The notes under the pieces are model-generated. The model did no database searches. It was not told the DNA's origin and worked only from the letters and a program-made list of their open reading frames with translations. Position numbers and translations under genes: made by a program. Shown here in pieces: positions 17,295-20,000 of a stretch of 20,000 nucleotides of DNA. Location of the stretch: the IMG/VR virus record IMGVR_UViG_3300032332_001939. One strand, written 5' to 3'. The DNA comes from an uncultured virus (IMG/VR IMGVR_UViG_3300032332_001939). Its lineage: Duplodnaviria; Heunggongvirae; Uroviricota; Caudoviricetes. Position 1 is the stretch's first letter. Each line of letters starts with the position of its first letter.

Positions 17295-18017
17295 TTAGTA
17301 AATCTTCCATTTGTTATTTAAATAATTTTGGATCTTAATAATATCGGCAACTGAAGGGATTGGTGAGTAAGAAATAATCTCTCCAATATAACCCTGTACA
17401 AGAAAGAAAGAGTTAAATAAACTGTTATTTTGAAATGTATTGGTATTTGTAGTATAAAATTGATTTGAATTAATTTTTGATATCCAAGAATTAGCTTGTG
17501 ATTCTACGCTATACATTGTAAATGATGTTAAACTATTTGCGGGATTATTTGTGGTTTTTCTTAAATCTGTAAATGTTGCATCATATATAATCCCATCTAC
17601 CCAGGGAAGATGAGAATTTGCATCCGCGTAAGTTCCTAGAGGATGACCAGTAAAATTGCTAGAAGTTGGAGGGTCATTATCTATTTTAAAAACACAAATT
17701 ATAAAAGCAGATGTAGTTGAAGAAGTATCAATTGAGCTAAAATACTTAGTACCATCGAATCTTATTAAATTCAAATTATTTTGTATATTTGTACCAAAAG
17801 TTGGTCTTACTCCAGCTGAACTTTGTGTGGCGTGTTTCCCATTTCCACTTTTATCTTCCCATCTTCCTATAGAAGCTCCATTTGCTGTTACTATATTACC
17901 GCCAGTATTACTATCAAATAATGTAGAAGTATCATTTCCATCTAACCAAATTTTTAATCCATTTATAGTTTTAGGAAATATACTTTTAGCTGGAGAAGTT
18001 CCATATGCTACTGCCAT
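17295..18017 (-). CDS. LamG/ConA-like virion protein of a second subtype (240 aa)
   Basis: GLKIWLDGND...IGRWEDKSGNGKHATQ...RPT...IRFDG...GYIGEIISY...IQNYLNNKW. Confidence 0.8.
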   Translation of the reverse strand: MAVAYGTSPAKSIFPKTINGLKIWLDGNDTSTLFDSNTGGNIVTANGASIGRWEDKSGNGKHATQSSAGVRPTFGTNIQNNLNLIRFDGTKYFSSIDTSSTTSAFIICVFKIDNDPPTSSNFTGHPLGTYADANSHLPWVDGIIYDATFTDLRKTTNNPANSLTSFTMYSVESQANSWISKINSNQFYTTNTNTFQNNSLFNSFFLVQGYIGEIISYSPIPSVADIIKIQNYLNNKWKIY

Positions 18018-18018
18018 A

Positions 18019-20000
18019 TTAAAACTCCACAGTTAATTTTGGAATATCTTTTCTTTCTCCATATACTGTATAAAAATAATAGTTTCCATTATTACCATTT
18101 GTGATTACTCTTGTATTATTATAATCAACAACATGAATATTACTCGCGGCGCTAATTGGTGTTAGATTAACTGAAATACTATTTTCATCAACTAATGCTG
18201 GCCAGTAATTTGGAAGATTTATTATATTTTCATTAGTTTTTCCTCTTACAAAAACTCCGTGTTCTGGACCTTCTAAACTGCCGTATTGGAGTTTTTTGCC
18301 AATTTGAGTTGGATGGTCAATTAAGAATGATTTAGAAGCTGCAGAAAGGTGACCAGTTATTGTTGTGTTACCACTTACTGTAACATCGCCTTGTAATATA
18401 CTATTTCCACTAACATAAAATCTACTTGGTACAGAAGATATGCCGCTACCAATACCAAAATTACCTTTTGCATCTATTATAACTCTAGTGGGTTGAACTG
18501 ATCCGTCATACCCTTGGAATTTTACAGATCTTGTTCCTCCTCCACCATAGAGCAACAGCCAATCATCGTCACCTCTGCTGCCAATATTAGAAGAATAAAT
18601 ATAATTAGAAAATAAAGCTCCAGCATTTCCATTTTGTGTTGGATTGTAATATAAACTATTATTACCAGCAGTATCTTTTATTACAAAATTATTACCACCA
18701 ACTGGATTTACATTAGTTATTATTACTGCACCAGTAGCACTTAAATTAATATTAGCGCCAGTTAATCTAATATCTCTTAATATACCAGAATTTGTATTTT
18801 GTGAACCTATAACTAATGTATTATTTTGCCAGCCAATTAAACCAAATTCACCAGTATTAATTCCTGTGCGATTAAATATTCTTAAACTTTGAGGACTTGT
18901 GCCGCTATAAATATCTATTCCAGATGTGAATGTTTTTAAACCATTAATGATTTGATTACCAGTTGTAAATACAGCGTAAGTATTAAGCAAGTTAACGCTC
19001 GTGCCAAATATTCCTGTTATGCCAGTAACATACCCGCTAAGTGAATTTATCTTGTTATCTAAAGTAGATCCTGTGCTTGCTAAATTAACTGAAGTTGCAT
19101 ATAAATTTCCAGTAAGTACTGCATTCCCATTTACAAAAAGTCCACTAGTAAAATTACCACTTCCATAAACTGTAAATTGATTACCAGAAATAACTAAAAA
19201 GTCACCTTGCGCCGAGTCGCCAAATGTTGTATCTTGAACAAAACTTTTAACTCCAGAGATAGTTTGATTTCCTGTTGTAAAAACAATATTACTGCTTGAG
19301 GAGTTTATATAGCCACTGAGATTGTTAATTTTTGTGTTTAAAGTCGATCCAGTAGAAGCTAGATTTGTGGTAAATGTTGAGTTTGTTCCAGTAACGTATC
19401 CACTTAAGGTATTTATTTTTGTATCAAGAGTCGATCCAGTACTTGCTAGATTAGTAACTAACGTACTTCCAGTTAAAGCAAGATTAGCGGCAGATGCGCT
19501 CCAGCCGCTAAGTGAGTTTATTTTACTATCAAGAGTTTGTCCTGAAGTTCGTAGGGTAGCTAGATCACTTGTTAAGTTTGCTATTTTACTTTGAGCTATA
19601 TTTGCAGCATTATCAACGTCTGCATCAAAAATTCCAGTAGCAGGACTTTGGAAAACTCCATTAATTACTTTAACAACGCCATCTCCTGCGATTGATGGAA
19701 TTGTTGTATGAACGTGAGAAGGTCTATAAGAATCAAAATAAAGAGTAATAGTTCTATTATTTGTTGTATATTTTTTACCAAATAATTGTACATAAATTCT
19801 TTCATTATTTGCTATGCCAGTTTGAGGTACTGTTGCATTTAAAATATATTGAGCAATAGTATCTGTTTCGTATAGGTAAACGTCATCAGTTGATGCTAAG
19901 TAGCGATAAGTAGAATTATTAGGATTATATATATTAACTACTGCTCTAATTGAACATTGAATTGCACTTGCACTATTTACACTAGCCCAAATATTAAAAT
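18019..20000 (-). CDS. Long fibre protein, 5'-truncated (>=659 aa), with a C-terminal KxFxIDHP...LEGPE chaperone-like domain
   Basis: The frame of the ORF-track call 18019-18990 stays stop-free up to 19998 by hand translation (FNIWASVNSAS...). It contains coiled-coil repeats, two VFTTGNQxIxGxKxF repeats, a GNFGIG fibre motif and a SKSFLIDHP...YGSLEGPEHGVFVRG C-terminus. Confidence 0.85.
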   Translation of the reverse strand, partial: FNIWASVNSASAIQCSIRAVVNIYNPNNSTYRYLASTDDVYLYETDTIAQYILNATVPQTGIANNERIYVQLFGKKYTTNNRTITLYFDSYRPSHVHTTIPSIAGDGVVKVINGVFQSPATGIFDADVDNAANIAQSKIANLTSDLATLRTSGQTLDSKINSLSGWSASAANLALTGSTLVTNLASTGSTLDTKINTLSGYVTGTNSTFTTNLASTGSTLNTKINNLSGYINSSSSNIVFTTGNQTISGVKSFVQDTTFGDSAQGDFLVISGNQFTVYGSGNFTSGLFVNGNAVLTGNLYATSVNLASTGSTLDNKINSLSGYVTGITGIFGTSVNLLNTYAVFTTGNQIINGLKTFTSGIDIYSGTSPQSLRIFNRTGINTGEFGLIGWQNNTLVIGSQNTNSGILRDIRLTGANINLSATGAVIITNVNPVGGNNFVIKDTAGNNSLYYNPTQNGNAGALFSNYIYSSNIGSRGDDDWLLLYGGGGTRSVKFQGYDGSVQPTRVIIDAKGNFGIGSGISSVPSRFYVSGNSILQGDVTVSGNTTITGHLSAASKSFLIDHPTQIGKKLQYGSLEGPEHGVFVRGKTNENIINLPNYWPALVDENSISVNLTPISAASNIHVVDYNNTRVITNGNNGNYYFYTVYGERKDIPKLTVEF
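18928..19548 (-). repeat. Fibre shaft peptide repeats
   Basis: NLASTGSTL(D/N)xKINxLSGY at 19387-19452, 19309-19365 and 19021-19086, with a variant at 19501-19548. VFTTGNQxIxGxKxF at 19240-19284 and 18928-18972. Confidence 0.85.

Noticed and set aside
15942..18017. Diversity-generating retroelement targeting the lectin genes
   Set aside because: No reverse transcriptase and no near-identical TR/VR pair differing at adenines is visible in the window.
18988..18990. TTG start for the fibre gene given by the ORF track
   Set aside because: The frame stays open to the window edge and the same peptide repeats continue upstream.
4712..19548. CRISPR array or mobile-element repeats
   Set aside because: The repeats are in-frame coding repeats with irregular spacing; no cas, transposase or integrase genes are present.
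1384..19594. Eight plus-strand ORFs in the track (1384-1632, 5702-5947, 7053-7313, 9652-9879, 11463-11651, 14695-14898, 17656-18036, 19322-19594)
   Set aside because: All are short, antisense to convincing minus-strand genes and lack recognisable motifs; they are shadow ORFs.
1..20000. Stop-codon reassignment, since no gene ends in TAG
   Set aside because: Genes are full-length and tightly packed under code 11 with no in-frame TAG or TGA; TAG rarity is expected in AT-rich DNA.

Overview
Strongly AT-rich bacteriophage DNA, probably from a large phage with a long non-contractile tail, because no sheath gene lies next to the tube gene. All credible genes are on the minus strand and form one virion morphogenesis module. 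In transcription order: a fibre protein running off the right edge (>=659 aa, longer than the ORF track shows), three tandem LamG/ConA-like lectin proteins, a second fibre-like protein, a GT-A glycosyltransferase plus FkbM methyltransferase cassette with its own sigma70-type promoter, four head-tail joining/tail-completion candidates, a major tail tube protein with an internally duplicated fold, an intrinsic terminator, two small ORFs, two paralogous chaperone-like ORFs, a 1961-aa tape measure protein (TMP), and a post-TMP tail protein running off the left edge (missing from the ORF track). Main leads: (1) the TMP carries four GFIPNF repeats, conserved also as DNA repeats, that bracket a ~260-aa insert with a PD-(D/E)xK nuclease-like signature, suggesting a swappable injected cargo; (2) a possible virion glycosylation/methylation system, paired with strong S/T-Gly enrichment in surface proteins; (3) a recurring intergenic GTGTAA(T) promoter-like motif and a shared TAAGGAATAAGG leader. 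Calls rest on motif recognition and synteny only; no searches were run and all counts are by hand.
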